A stretch of 64,000 bases of DNA. It comes from Candidatus Fermentibacteraceae bacterium. GTDB taxonomy: Bacteria > Fermentibacterota > Fermentibacteria > Fermentibacterales > JCC-6. The stretch is from NCBI GenBank assembly GCA_041750285.1, contig JBGSZS010000018.1, positions 192,001 to 256,000 on the forward strand, written 5' to 3'. Below are positions 45,532 through 55,432 of the stretch, piece by piece. Under the pieces are notes generated by a model. That model was not told the origin of the DNA and ran no database searches. It saw nothing but the letters and a program-made list of their open reading frames with translations. Position numbers and translations under genes: made by a program. Each line of letters starts with the position of its first letter. Position 1 is the first letter of the stretch.

Positions 45532-46747
45532 CTTCGCAGACTCCCTTCAGAATGTGGCCCATCTTGTTCTTCTTCGTGGCAAGGTAAAACCTGTTGTCGT
45601 CGGTGGGGCAGATCTCGAGGCCCACCCTCTCCGTAACGTTCAGACCGTATCCGGAAAGCCCGACTATCTTCTTGGGGTTGTTGGTGAGAAGCCTGATGCT
45701 CGTGAGCCCCAGGCGGACGAGTATCTGCGCTCCCGTGCCGTATTCGCGGAGGTCGGGGGCGAATCCCAGTTTCTCGTTGGCCTCCACCGTATCGAGGCCG
45801 TGGTCCTGAAGGTGGTAGGCCCTGATCTTGTTGGCGAGCCCTATGCCCCTGCCCTCCTGGGCCATGTAGAGAACCACGCCCAGTCCCTCTTCCGAAATTC
45901 GCTTCATGGCGCCGTGAAGCTGTGAGCCGCAGTCACACCGCCTGCTCTGAAAGACGTCTCCCGTGAGGCACTGTGAATGTACCCTCACCAGTACGTTTTC
46001 TGCGCCCCTCACCTCACCCTTCACAAGGGCAACATGGGTCGCGCCGTCCACAAGGCTCCGGAACACCATCATGCGGAACTCGCCGAACTCCGTCGGAAGG
46101 ACGGCCTGGGCCTGAAGCTCGACGAGCACCTCGGTCCTGCGCCGGTGGTTCACGAGTTCGGCAACGGAGGTGATTATGAGCCCGTGTTTCTCACCGAATT
46201 CCCTCAGTTGGGGAAGGCGGGCCATGGTGCCGTCGTCGTTCATTATCTCACAGATGACCCCGGCGGGGAAAAGCCCGGCAAGCCTTGTGAGATCCACAGC
46301 GGCCTCGGTGTGCCCTACACGTGTAAGGACGCCGCCTTCGCGGGCCGCCAGGGGAAAGATGTGGCCGGGCCGGGCCAGGTCCTCGGGGCGTGAGGCGGGG
46401 TCGATGGCAACGGAGATCGTCCGGGCCCTGTCCGCCGCGCTTATGCCCGTCGAGACCCCCGAAACGGCATCGATGCTCACGGTGAAGGCCGTTTCGTGAA
46501 GGGATGTGTTCCGGGGGCACATGTCCCTGAGATCAAGCCTCTCCAGTGCCGCCTTCTCCATCGCAAGGCAGACCAGACCCCTGGCGTGCCTGGCCATGAA
46601 GTTTACAGCGGCCGTGCCGCAGTGTTCGGCGGCCACCAGAAGGTCTCCCTCGTTCTCCCTGTTCTCGTCGTCCACAACGATGACCATGCCGCCGCGACGC
46701 AGAACCTCAAGGGTTTCCGGAACGGTGGCGAATTCAGCCTTGTTCAA
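45515..46747 (-). CDS. ribBA: DHBP synthase / GTP cyclohydrolase II
   Basis: [43 protein letters not shown]. Confidence 0.98.
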   Translation of the reverse strand: MNKAEFATVPETLEVLRRGGMVIVVDDENRENEGDLLVAAEHCGTAAVNFMARHARGLVCLAMEKAALERLDLRDMCPRNTSLHETAFTVSIDAVSGVSTGISAADRARTISVAIDPASRPEDLARPGHIFPLAAREGGVLTRVGHTEAAVDLTRLAGLFPAGVICEIMNDDGTMARLPQLREFGEKHGLIITSVAELVNHRRRTEVLVELQAQAVLPTEFGEFRMMVFRSLVDGATHVALVKGEVRGAENVLVRVHSQCLTGDVFQSRRCDCGSQLHGAMKRISEEGLGVVLYMAQEGRGIGLANKIRAYHLQDHGLDTVEANEKLGFAPDLREYGTGAQILVRLGLTSIRLLTNNPKKIVGLSGYGLNVTERVGLEICPTDDNRFYLATKKNKMGHILKGVCEDGMDS

Positions 46748-47342
46748 TCTTGCGCCTCAATCCGTGCTGTTTTTCGAGGCAATCCATGCCCCTTTGTACG
46801 TATTTTCCGATGATGTCGAACTCCAGGTTCACCTGCGTTCCGGGTTTCCAGTGGGCGGCTCCCGTCCGTGAAAGTGTTTCGGGAATGACGGCAACCGTGA
46901 AGCCCGCCCCGGGGACGAGGCCGGCCACCGTGAGGCTGATCCCCGAAACTGCCACGGAACCCTTCTCCACAAGCAAACCGTGCCACTCACCGGGGCAGGT
47001 GATCCTGACCGTGGCGAACCCGTCCTGGTTGCGAACGGCGCCCACCGTCCCGGTGCAGTCGACGTGTCCGGTGACGAGATGGCCGTGAAGCCTGCCATCC
47101 AGCCTCAGGGGCCGTTCGAGGTTCACGGGAGCGCCCGCCCTGAAAGGCACCGTTCTTCGAAGTGTTTCGGGGCTTACCCTGAAAGACACCCTTTTGCCGG
47201 ACACCTTCTCCACCGAGAGGCAGGAGCCGTCAACGGCTAGGCTCTCTCCCGGGAGAAGCCCCGGCGCGAGAGCAGTTTCCAGCACCAGGAGGCTCCCTGC
47301 GGAAACCACCCTGCCCAAGTCCTCAATCAGCCCTGTAAACAA
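46734..47342 (-). CDS. ribE: Riboflavin synthase alpha chain
   Basis: (M)[35 protein letters not shown]. Confidence 0.96.
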   Translation of the reverse strand: MFTGLIEDLGRVVSAGSLLVLETALAPGLLPGESLAVDGSCLSVEKVSGKRVSFRVSPETLRRTVPFRAGAPVNLERPLRLDGRLHGHLVTGHVDCTGTVGAVRNQDGFATVRITCPGEWHGLLVEKGSVAVSGISLTVAGLVPGAGFTVAVIPETLSRTGAAHWKPGTQVNLEFDIIGKYVQRGMDCLEKQHGLRRKIEQG

Positions 47343-48384
47343 GCCTGCCCTCCACGAGTACATCTCCGTCAAGAGCTTCCACCACGGGGTCTTCGAGCGT
47401 CAGGGCGCTGCCAACGTCGGTCACCCAGAGGTCGTGAAAAACCGGCACCCCGCTCCCTCCCAGAAGCTTGGGTGCAGTGAACACGCTCAGCCGGTCCACC
47501 AGACCCTCATTGACAAGGGCAGTCGCGAGACGGGGCCCACCCTCGCAGAGAACGAGTCCGATACCCATCGAAAGAGTGCGTGACAAAAGCTTCTCGAGCG
47601 AGCTGAATCTGATGACCTCTCCAGGAGGGTCCCAAGGGCACCCATCCTGAACGGCCGTGATGGTTCGCGCCCCGTCTGAGTATACGTTCAGTTCCTGTGG
47701 AAGGGGGCTTCCGGCGACTATTATGCGAACCGGCAGGGGACCCTGCCGACCCGTCGAAAGGGTCGGATTGTCGCGCAGGGCGGTTCCGGCTCCCACCATC
47801 ACGGCGTGGGCGGATTCCCGCATCGCTCTCACCCTCTCCCGGGCCGCGGCGCCGGTGATCCAGCGGCTGCTGCCGTCGGATGCCGCCGCCCTGCCGTCGA
47901 GTGAGACCGCCATCTTCAGATGAAGAAAGCTCCTGTGAGAATTCAGGCAGTGGATCCATACACGGTTCAACTCCCGCGCTTCGTTTTCCAGAAGACCGAT
48001 CTCGACCTCCACCCCGTGCTCACGAAGCAGGGCTGCTCCCCTGCCGCTGACCCTGGGGTCGGGATCCTCCATGGCTGCCACGACACGCCCTATCCGCGAT
48101 GCCAGGATGGCTTCCACGCACGGTGGGGTCCTGCCGTGATGAACGCATGGCTCGAGCGTTACGACAAGGGTCGACCCCTCGAGGCTGCCGGAGGCCTTCC
48201 CGATTGCCGCGGCTTCGGCGTGGGGACCCCCGCAGCAGCTGTGATGGGCTTCGGACAGGGTTTTGCCCCGGGGATCGAGGATGACGGCGCCAACCATGGG
48301 GTTGGGAAAGACACCGGGCCAGCCGTCGCGGGCCAGGGCAATTGCCCTGTTCATGGCTGCGAGTTCGGCTGCCCGCCGGTTCAC
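47323..48384 (-). CDS. ribD: Riboflavin biosynthesis deaminase/reductase
   Basis: PNPMVG, HAE, TLEPC.H.GRTPPC, SLDG, SRWIT, EGG. Confidence 0.96.
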   Translation of the reverse strand: MNRRAAELAAMNRAIALARDGWPGVFPNPMVGAVILDPRGKTLSEAHHSCCGGPHAEAAAIGKASGSLEGSTLVVTLEPCVHHGRTPPCVEAILASRIGRVVAAMEDPDPRVSGRGAALLREHGVEVEIGLLENEARELNRVWIHCLNSHRSFLHLKMAVSLDGRAAASDGSSRWITGAAARERVRAMRESAHAVMVGAGTALRDNPTLSTGRQGPLPVRIIVAGSPLPQELNVYSDGARTITAVQDGCPWDPPGEVIRFSSLEKLLSRTLSMGIGLVLCEGGPRLATALVNEGLVDRLSVFTAPKLLGGSGVPVFHDLWVTDVGSALTLEDPVVEALDGDVLVEGRLVYRAD

Positions 48385-49793
48385 TCCGTGATCTCCCTTA
48401 CACTGAGCCTTCCGATGACCGCGTTTATGGTGTACTGATCCTCGAGGCTGCCCATTGCGAGAATGATGTGCGTGGCGTCGGCCAGCAGCATGCCGAACGT
48501 CGGGTCCATCGGAACCCAGCGCCCCACCCAGACGGTCGGCCACGCGTGATATCCGAACCTGCCCTCGTCGATGTAGACTATTCCATTGCAGACGGCCGAG
48601 GGTATCCCCGCCGCCCTCGCAAGGGCCACGAAAAGCGCCGTATGCTCGTTGCAATCGCCCCTCATCGCGTCCAGAACATCAACAGCTGAAGGCAGTGAAA
48701 CGGTGGGCACGTCCTCGACGGCCATGTCCACGAAGCGGCAGATGGCCGAGGCGGCCTCCCACGAATCCGTGCAGCCCCGGGTGAGGCTGTCCGCCAGCGC
48801 CACGATCGCCGGGTCGTCGGACTGAAGCAGGGGCTCGGCGGCCAGATGGGCAAGAAGGCTGTCGGGTACCTCAGTCATGGGAAAGGGCGGTGTCTCCTCA
48901 GGGGATGGCAGCACGGCAGAGACATGCACGACCGGGCCGGCGGCTGAGGTCTGGAGCCCGGGGTAGTCGAGGTCGAACATGTTCCACTCGATGTCGCCCT
49001 CGAGAAGCCAGGTGCGCTCGCCGCCCGACCTGGGGTCGGTTACGACCGTGGAGGCAACCGAATAGAGCATGTAGAGATCGTTTCCCGGGTCGATTTCGGC
49101 GCTGGTGCCGGGCGGAACCCTTGTGAGTATCATGCCCAGTCCCTGCTCCTCCTCGCGTATGATCTGACCCTCGTGCACCCAGACCATGTTCCTCATCCCG
49201 GCCTGGCTGATCTCCAGACGGAACGCCGGGACCGTGTCGCCCAGAAGGTCCATGTCTTCCGTGGCCTGACAGGTGACGGTCGCTTCAAGGATCGTTCCGG
49301 TCGACGGGTCGAATGTCTGGTAGACCCTCTCCTCGCCGGGTGACCACTGCATGCCGGCGGCTGCCAGGTCCATGAAGGCCGGGAGGTAGTCGCCCTCGAA
49401 CTCCACGCTGCGGGATATCTCCCGTCCCGAAGTGTTTATCGTGGTCTCGACGGCGCCTTCGCGCCTTACGGCGTTCACGCTTATCTCGCTGGTGCCGTCG
49501 CTCATCACCATGGAAAGGGTTCCGAGGTCGTAATCGGTGCCTGTTCTGGCACTGGAGGTCATGGTCACACGGCGCTCGGTCCCCAGAAGCACTATGACCC
49601 ATTCCATGTCCTGTTCGACAAGAAGCGAATCGGCGCCCATCTGCCCGACGGACATGGTCATGTAGCCGACGCTCTGGCCCTGCAGGCTCACCGCGAACCT
49701 CTGCAGGTCCGCGGAGGCAAAGGTGGCCCTGGGCACGGGAGCGCCGCATGCACAGAGAACCAGCAATGACAGGAGAACACAGAGAGCGATCAT
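48381..49793 (-). CDS. Transglutaminase-like lipoprotein
   Basis: Lipobox LCAC; catalytic triad GDCNEH, YHAW, MDPT. Confidence 0.88.
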   Translation of the reverse strand: MIALCVLLSLLVLCACGAPVPRATFASADLQRFAVSLQGQSVGYMTMSVGQMGADSLLVEQDMEWVIVLLGTERRVTMTSSARTGTDYDLGTLSMVMSDGTSEISVNAVRREGAVETTINTSGREISRSVEFEGDYLPAFMDLAAAGMQWSPGEERVYQTFDPSTGTILEATVTCQATEDMDLLGDTVPAFRLEISQAGMRNMVWVHEGQIIREEEQGLGMILTRVPPGTSAEIDPGNDLYMLYSVASTVVTDPRSGGERTWLLEGDIEWNMFDLDYPGLQTSAAGPVVHVSAVLPSPEETPPFPMTEVPDSLLAHLAAEPLLQSDDPAIVALADSLTRGCTDSWEAASAICRFVDMAVEDVPTVSLPSAVDVLDAMRGDCNEHTALFVALARAAGIPSAVCNGIVYIDEGRFGYHAWPTVWVGRWVPMDPTFGMLLADATHIILAMGSLEDQYTINAVIGRLSVREITE

Positions 49794-50842
49794 GATCTGC
49801 CTCCTTGAAGGAACCGTTCGATGGCATCGGCGGAACGCCTGCCGGCGGCGCCGTCCCAGAACGGGATGTCGCGGTGTGCGGAACCACGGCTCGCAAGCCT
49901 TTCCGCAACTGCTGCGGGAATATCCCCGGGTTCGGGGCAGAGAACGTTCGTACCGATCAGGCAGGTTATGGGCCGCTCGGTGTTGGGTCTCACCGTGACG
50001 CAGGGAATCCCCATCACGCTGGTCTCTTCCTGAACGCCTCCCGAATCGGTGATGACCACCGCCGAACGCCTCTGGTGGGCTATGAACGCAAGGTAGGTCA
50101 TGGGGGGGACGAGTGTGAGATTGGTCGGCATGGCAAGCCCCCATTCACGGATGTTTTTCAGTGTCCGGGGGTGGGCCGGGAACACAAGGGGGAGCTCAAG
50201 CTCACCAAAGGCGGCCATTATGCGGCACAGCTTCGAACGGTCGTCAACGTTCCCGGGGCGGTGCAGGGTTACCAGAGCGAAGTCGCCGGAGGGAACGGGA
50301 ATGTCATCGGTGAGGGGAAGCAGCCTTAGCAGGGTATCGATCATGGTGTTGCCTGTCATGATCACCGAGCTTTCGGGCCTTCCCTCGGAGAGAAGGTTGT
50401 CACGGGCTTCGGGGCTGGTGATGAGCAGAAGGCTGGCGATCTGATCGGTGAGAAGCCTGTTGATCTCTTCGGGCATGGTGCGGTCGAAACTGCGGAGCCC
50501 CGCTTCGAGGTGGATGACGGGAACACCGTGACGCACCGCGACCAGGGAACAGGCCAGTGTCGAGTTCACATCGCCGACCACCACCACCGCTTCGGGAAGG
50601 TTGCGGAGCATGACGGGTTCGTAGGCTTCCATGATGCGGGCGGTCTGGGAGGAGATGGACCCTCCGCCGCACCCCAGCGAGACGTCTGGCATGGGCAGCC
50701 CGAGCTGCTCGAAGAAGCTGCCGGACATTGAATGGTCGTAGTGCTGCCCGGTGTGAACGATCCTGTAAGGGAACGATGCGGCCCGCACGAGGGGATCGAT
50801 CTTCATGAAGTTCGGCCTTGCGCCGCAGACGACATCAATCAA
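49790..50842 (-). CDS. wecB: UDP-N-acetylglucosamine 2-epimerase (non-hydrolysing)
   Basis: GARPNFMK, HTGQHYD, HLEAGLRS, PEEINR, TLHR, TDSGGVQEE. Confidence 0.96.
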   Translation of the reverse strand: MIDVVCGARPNFMKIDPLVRAASFPYRIVHTGQHYDHSMSGSFFEQLGLPMPDVSLGCGGGSISSQTARIMEAYEPVMLRNLPEAVVVVGDVNSTLACSLVAVRHGVPVIHLEAGLRSFDRTMPEEINRLLTDQIASLLLITSPEARDNLLSEGRPESSVIMTGNTMIDTLLRLLPLTDDIPVPSGDFALVTLHRPGNVDDRSKLCRIMAAFGELELPLVFPAHPRTLKNIREWGLAMPTNLTLVPPMTYLAFIAHQRRSAVVITDSGGVQEETSVMGIPCVTVRPNTERPITCLIGTNVLCPEPGDIPAAVAERLASRGSAHRDIPFWDGAAGRRSADAIERFLQGGRS

Positions 50843-51275
50843 GCCCGCACCCTTTCTCGATGAGTTCAAGCCTCTCAGCGTGGCGTCCCCCCTCGAAATC
50901 ACCGGCAAGGAACGCCAGAACGATCTCCCGCGCGTGGAAGGGGGCGGTGAACCCACCGGCCAGAACCAGCACGTTGGCGTTGTTGTGGCGTCTGGAGAAG
51001 GCTGCCATGGTCGTGTTCAAACACAGGGCGGCCCTGATGCCCCTGTGTCTGTTGGCGGCGATGCTCATCCCGATGCCAGAGTTGCAGACCAGAATGCCGC
51101 GATCGCATTCCCCCGAGAGGATTCGCCTGCAGAGGCTGCGGGCAAAGTCGGGGTAATGCACCGAGCGTGTGTCATGCGTGCCGAGGTCGAGCACCTGGTG
51201 ACCGGCTTCGGTAAGGCTCTGAACCAGAAAGGATTTCAGGGGAAAGCCCGCGTGGTCCGATGCTGCAGCGATCAT
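50835..51275 (-). CDS. rpiB: Ribose-5-phosphate isomerase B
   Basis: SDHAG, YPD, CNSGIG, ANR, HNNANVL, FEGGRH. Confidence 0.95.
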   Translation of the reverse strand: MIAAASDHAGFPLKSFLVQSLTEAGHQVLDLGTHDTRSVHYPDFARSLCRRILSGECDRGILVCNSGIGMSIAANRHRGIRAALCLNTTMAAFSRRHNNANVLVLAGGFTAPFHAREIVLAFLAGDFEGGRHAERLELIEKGCGLD

Positions 51276-51279
51276 GGAC

Positions 51280-52200
51280 TCAGAGCCCCCCGATGTACGA
51301 TGCGACGACCCCGGACAGGACCAGGCTGCAGAGTTTGCTCTCCGCGCTGTCGGCCCTGCTGGTGAGAACCACCGGATTCCTGGCGCCCATGATCACCGCG
51401 CCCAGCTCACCGCCGGCGAGGAAGATCAGCGTCTTGTAAAGAACGTTTGCCGCCTCGATGTCGGGAAGGAGCATCAGGTCGGCGTTGCCCGCCACGGGAC
51501 CCCCTACCTTCTTGATCCTCACCGACTCCATGCTGACTGCCAGGTCGAGTGCGAGAGGCCCCTGGAACAGGATGTCGCCAAACTCCCCGGCATCGGCCAT
51601 CTTCTGCATGCGGTCGGCCTCGAGGGTGCAGGGCATCTTGTCGTAGGGAACCTCCTTGGCGCACACGTAGGTGCACCTTGGAGGGTCGATCCCCAGTGAG
51701 CGCGCCACGGTGACTGCGTTCCTCAGCATCTCGGTCTTCTGGTCAAAGTCGGGGGCGATGTTCATGGCGGCGTCGGTCACGATGATGAGCTTGTGGTAGC
51801 TTGGGACCTCGAAAGCGGCCACGTGGCTCAGAAGACCATTCCCGCGGATCCCGTGATCCTTGTCAAGGATCGCCTTCAAAAAAGCACTGGTGGCAACCAG
51901 CCCCTTCATAAGAACACCGGCTTCGCCCTTCCTGATGAGGTCGACACCAAGGAAGGAGCTCTCATAGTCGTCCTTCGCCGGGACGATGCGCACACCGTTC
52001 AGGTCGAATCCCGCTTCTTCAGCGGCGGCCCGGATCCCGTCCTCGGGGCCCACCAGCACGCAGTCCACCATGCCGCCCGTGACGGCCTCGTTCACTGCGG
52101 AAAGGGTCTCCACCTCGTCCGCCCTGACAACGGAAACGGTCTGGGATGGGAGTTCACGGGCAAGTTGCTTCAATTGCGAGAGAGAACTGATGGGTTTCAT
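51280..52200 (-). CDS. ptb: Phosphate butyryltransferase
   Basis: LMKG, LLSH, TDAAMNIAP, GPLALDLA, AN.LYK, LTSRADS. Confidence 0.92.
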   Translation of the reverse strand: MKPISSLSQLKQLARELPSQTVSVVRADEVETLSAVNEAVTGGMVDCVLVGPEDGIRAAAEEAGFDLNGVRIVPAKDDYESSFLGVDLIRKGEAGVLMKGLVATSAFLKAILDKDHGIRGNGLLSHVAAFEVPSYHKLIIVTDAAMNIAPDFDQKTEMLRNAVTVARSLGIDPPRCTYVCAKEVPYDKMPCTLEADRMQKMADAGEFGDILFQGPLALDLAVSMESVRIKKVGGPVAGNADLMLLPDIEAANVLYKTLIFLAGGELGAVIMGARNPVVLTSRADSAESKLCSLVLSGVVASYIGGL

Positions 52201-52419
52201 GTTTTCCTCTTTCCTGAAGGTGATTGATGTGCGAAGAGACAAAATACAATATGAAATATATCCCGGCGGCCTCGCCGCACCAAAACAAGCATCTCCGAGT
52301 TGACAAGTACCGGGGCCGTGGTGAGATTAGCATGAGGACGAATGCTCTTGTATCACTTTGATACTTTCTATCTTACATAAAATGCACATTCGTACTGCAA
52401 CCCCTGGAAGGATCTCAAC

Positions 52420-53745
52420 ATGAAACGGATACCCGCTGACAAGGTGAAGGCAACCATAGCGGAGCACATGCTCGCGGATGGCTACGACATTGCGCTTGAT
52501 CTCAGGAAAAGCCGTGGCGGAACCATTCACGATGCCGTAACCGGCCGGGATTACCTTGACCTTTTCAGCTTTTTCGCCAGCGCTCCGCTGGGAATGAACC
52601 ACCCTGAGCTCACGACCCCGGAGTGGATAAGGCACCTCGGTGAGATCGCAGTCAACAACCCCAGCAACAGCGATTTTTATACTGAAGAAATGGCGCTTTT
52701 CGTCAAGACGTTCGCCGAAGGCGTGATCCCGGCGAGCCATCCCCACCTTTTCTTCATCTCCGGCGGGGCGCTCGCGGTCGAAAACGCCCTCAAGACCGCC
52801 TTCGACTGGAAGATAAGAAAAAACCTCGCAGCCGGCCGGGGTGAGATCGGCACCAAGGTCATCCATTTCAGGAACGCATTCCACGGACGATCAGGTTACA
52901 CTCTCAGCCTCACGAACACCGCCGATCCGAGAAAATACATGTACTTTCCGAAATTCGTGGACTGGCCGCGCATCGACACTCCCCGCATCGTGTTCCCGCT
53001 GGACCGGAACCTCGAGAGGGTGAAGGCCTCCGAAGCCGAATCACTGGCCCAGATAGACAGTGCGATCGGACAGCACGGCCACGACATCGCCTGCCTCATC
53101 ATCGAGCCCATACAGGGCGAGGGCGGCGACAACCACTTCCGCCGCGAATTCTTTCAGGCACTTCGGGAAAGGGCCGACCGTCACGATTTCATGCTCATCT
53201 ACGACGAGATACAGACGGGGATGGGGCTCACCGGGAACTGGTGGGCATGGCAGGGACTGGGGGTTCCGCCCGACATCTTCTGCTTCGGCAAGAAGGCCCA
53301 GGTCTGCGGAATCGCCTGCAGCAACAGGGTTGACGAAGTTCCGGAAAACGTGTTCAGGGAATCCAGCAGGATCAACTCGACATGGGGTGGCAACCTGGTC
53401 GACATGGTTCGCAGCACGGCCTTCGTAGACATCATGACAAGGGAGAACACCCTTCAGAACGTGCGTGAACAGAGCAGGACGGTTCTTGAAGGGCTGCACG
53501 CGCTCGAAACCCGGTTCCCTGGAAGGGTTTCCGAAGTCAGGGGAAGCGGCCTCATGTGCGCCTTCGACCTCGAGAACGGAACCATCCGCAACGCCCTCGT
53601 CGAAACAATCTTCAGAAACGGTGCCATCATCCTTCCATGCGGCACAAGATCCATCAGGTTCAGGCCGCCTCTAAACATCTCCTCCACCGAGGTGGCAAGT
53701 GCTCTTTCGATAATCGAAAGGTCGATGGAGGAAGTCTTTGCGTGA
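52420..53745 (+). CDS. lat: L-lysine 6-aminotransferase (class III PLP)
   Basis: GGALAVENALKTAFDWK, FHGRSGYTLSLTNT, EPIQGEGGD, DEIQTG, FGKK, SSRINSTWGG. Confidence 0.92.
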   Translation: MKRIPADKVKATIAEHMLADGYDIALDLRKSRGGTIHDAVTGRDYLDLFSFFASAPLGMNHPELTTPEWIRHLGEIAVNNPSNSDFYTEEMALFVKTFAEGVIPASHPHLFFISGGALAVENALKTAFDWKIRKNLAAGRGEIGTKVIHFRNAFHGRSGYTLSLTNTADPRKYMYFPKFVDWPRIDTPRIVFPLDRNLERVKASEAESLAQIDSAIGQHGHDIACLIIEPIQGEGGDNHFRREFFQALRERADRHDFMLIYDEIQTGMGLTGNWWAWQGLGVPPDIFCFGKKAQVCGIACSNRVDEVPENVFRESSRINSTWGGNLVDMVRSTAFVDIMTRENTLQNVREQSRTVLEGLHALETRFPGRVSEVRGSGLMCAFDLENGTIRNALVETIFRNGAIILPCGTRSIRFRPPLNISSTEVASALSIIERSMEEVFA

Positions 53746-53772
53746 AGCCGTACGACCGGAGATGAGCAAGCC

Positions 53773-54546
53773 ATGACGCCCGACCCCTTCCGTGACCACA
53801 AGCTCGAGATAGCGCGCGTTGCGCACCATCTTGCCGCAATGGGCTGGTGCGAGGGCAACGCCGGCAACATTTCCATGCTGCTGCCGAGGGGGGAGTACAC
53901 GCCCGAAGACAACCTTCAGGCTTCCATGCCCCTGCCCGAGCAGTTAAGACCCCTTGCGGGCAGGACGATCCTCATCACAACCAGCGGAAGCCGCTTCAGA
54001 CGCATGATGCTGGACCGGGAGTCGGCCATCGTCCCCGTCACCGTCTCCCGGTTCGGCAACTCCATTCTGTGGCCACAGGAATACAACAGGCCCTCAAGCG
54101 AGTTATCGACCCACCTCCAGGTACTTGCTCTGGCCGAAGCGCGGGGATGGCCCGCCGCATCGATCGTCCACACCCATTCAACATCCATGCTTGCCCTTTC
54201 ATCCAGCGACCTTCCGGGGGAGACCCTCGAGGACGCCATGTGGAGGGCGCACCCCGAGCTTTCCCAACTCCTTGACAGGGGGCTTCACTTCCTCGACTTC
54301 CAGACCCCCGGAACCTGGGAGCTTGGCCGGAGTACCGCCGAGCTGTTCACCAACTCCGATGTTGTGGTCTGGCGGAAACACGGCATACTGGCCTTCGGGC
54401 CCGACCCAGAAGCAGCGTGCGATTTCGTTGAACTGGCGGAGAAAGCCGCAGTGCTCCTGCTGATGGAGATGAACGCATTCGGAAGGTTCCAGGGCCTGAA
54501 GGACCGTGAACTCAAGGTCCTGCGGGATGACCTGGCCAGGGAATGA
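53773..54546 (+). CDS. rhaD: Class II aldolase, rhamnulose-1-phosphate aldolase-like
   Basis: GWCEGNAGNIS, SGSRFR, PSSEL..H, HTH, PGT..L, W.KHG, EKAA. Confidence 0.75.
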   Translation: MTPDPFRDHKLEIARVAHHLAAMGWCEGNAGNISMLLPRGEYTPEDNLQASMPLPEQLRPLAGRTILITTSGSRFRRMMLDRESAIVPVTVSRFGNSILWPQEYNRPSSELSTHLQVLALAEARGWPAASIVHTHSTSMLALSSSDLPGETLEDAMWRAHPELSQLLDRGLHFLDFQTPGTWELGRSTAELFTNSDVVVWRKHGILAFGPDPEAACDFVELAEKAAVLLLMEMNAFGRFQGLKDRELKVLRDDLARE

Positions 54547-54642
54547 CGGTTCCCGTGCTTGTGGACACCGGCCCGAAACCGGGCTATATCATGCTGTAAT
54601 GTTGCGCGAGGTGTTTTTTCATACGAAAGGTACAGGCACCCG

Positions 54643-55422
54643 ATGAGAATATGCGTTCTTTCCGTTGTTGCACTTGCAGTGCTGCTTTCGGGATGCACAT
54701 CCCAGAACCCGATAGACCCCGACGGCACCCTGCCGATCGTCAGCGGACTTACACTTTCAACGGACGCCTGCAGGGGAGACACCCTTGTTTTCACATGGGA
54801 TTCCCTTACCGTTCCCGTGGATGAATACACGCTCTGGTTCTCGGACAACCCTCTCTTCGTCTGGATGAAGGCGGGAGACTTCCCCGGGCTTGTCGGCACC
54901 CACGTGGCGGACCGCTGCTACACCTACAGCGTGTGGGCCCAGTCGGGAAGCCAGCATTCCACAGCTCTATCCGCCAGGGTCATCGTTGGCACCACGCCCC
55001 TCGGCACAGCCACCACCCCTTCGGAAAAGGCCATAGCCGGCTTCTCCGTGAGCCCCGACACCATTGTGGGCGGCGACGCCTCGAACCCCGACTTCGCTCA
55101 GGACTTCTTCCTCAGACGGGAAATGATGGGCTACATCATCTGCGGCGGTCACACCGACCCGCGGACATGCCCGGGCGGCCGCTGGGCCCAGCTGGCCCCC
55201 GCCTTCGGCGACGGCTTCAAGGCTCCCGAACCCGACAGCATGAACTGGTCCGACACCCTTTCCCTCTTCACCTCTCCCAGGTTCTTCATCAGACTGGAAA
55301 GCGGTCACTACGGCAGGTTCACGGCCATGGTCTACGATAACCCCGACACTCTCGTTCAGGGTGAGATAGCCGAGGTCAACTTCGTGTACCAGCCCATCCC
55401 GAGGGTCAGGCTGTTCGACTAG
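54643..55422 (+). CDS. Hypothetical lipoprotein
   Basis: MRICVLSVVALAVLLSGC lipobox; beta-rich, with an FN3-like first half. Confidence 0.75.
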   Translation: MRICVLSVVALAVLLSGCTSQNPIDPDGTLPIVSGLTLSTDACRGDTLVFTWDSLTVPVDEYTLWFSDNPLFVWMKAGDFPGLVGTHVADRCYTYSVWAQSGSQHSTALSARVIVGTTPLGTATTPSEKAIAGFSVSPDTIVGGDASNPDFAQDFFLRREMMGYIICGGHTDPRTCPGGRWAQLAPAFGDGFKAPEPDSMNWSDTLSLFTSPRFFIRLESGHYGRFTAMVYDNPDTLVQGEIAEVNFVYQPIPRVRLFD

Positions 55423-55432
55423 GAAGCTCCCG

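Noticed and set aside
48384..52300. FMN riboswitch for the rib genes
   Set aside because: ribD is overlapped by the upstream CDS, and no RFN-like sequence is seen upstream of the operon.
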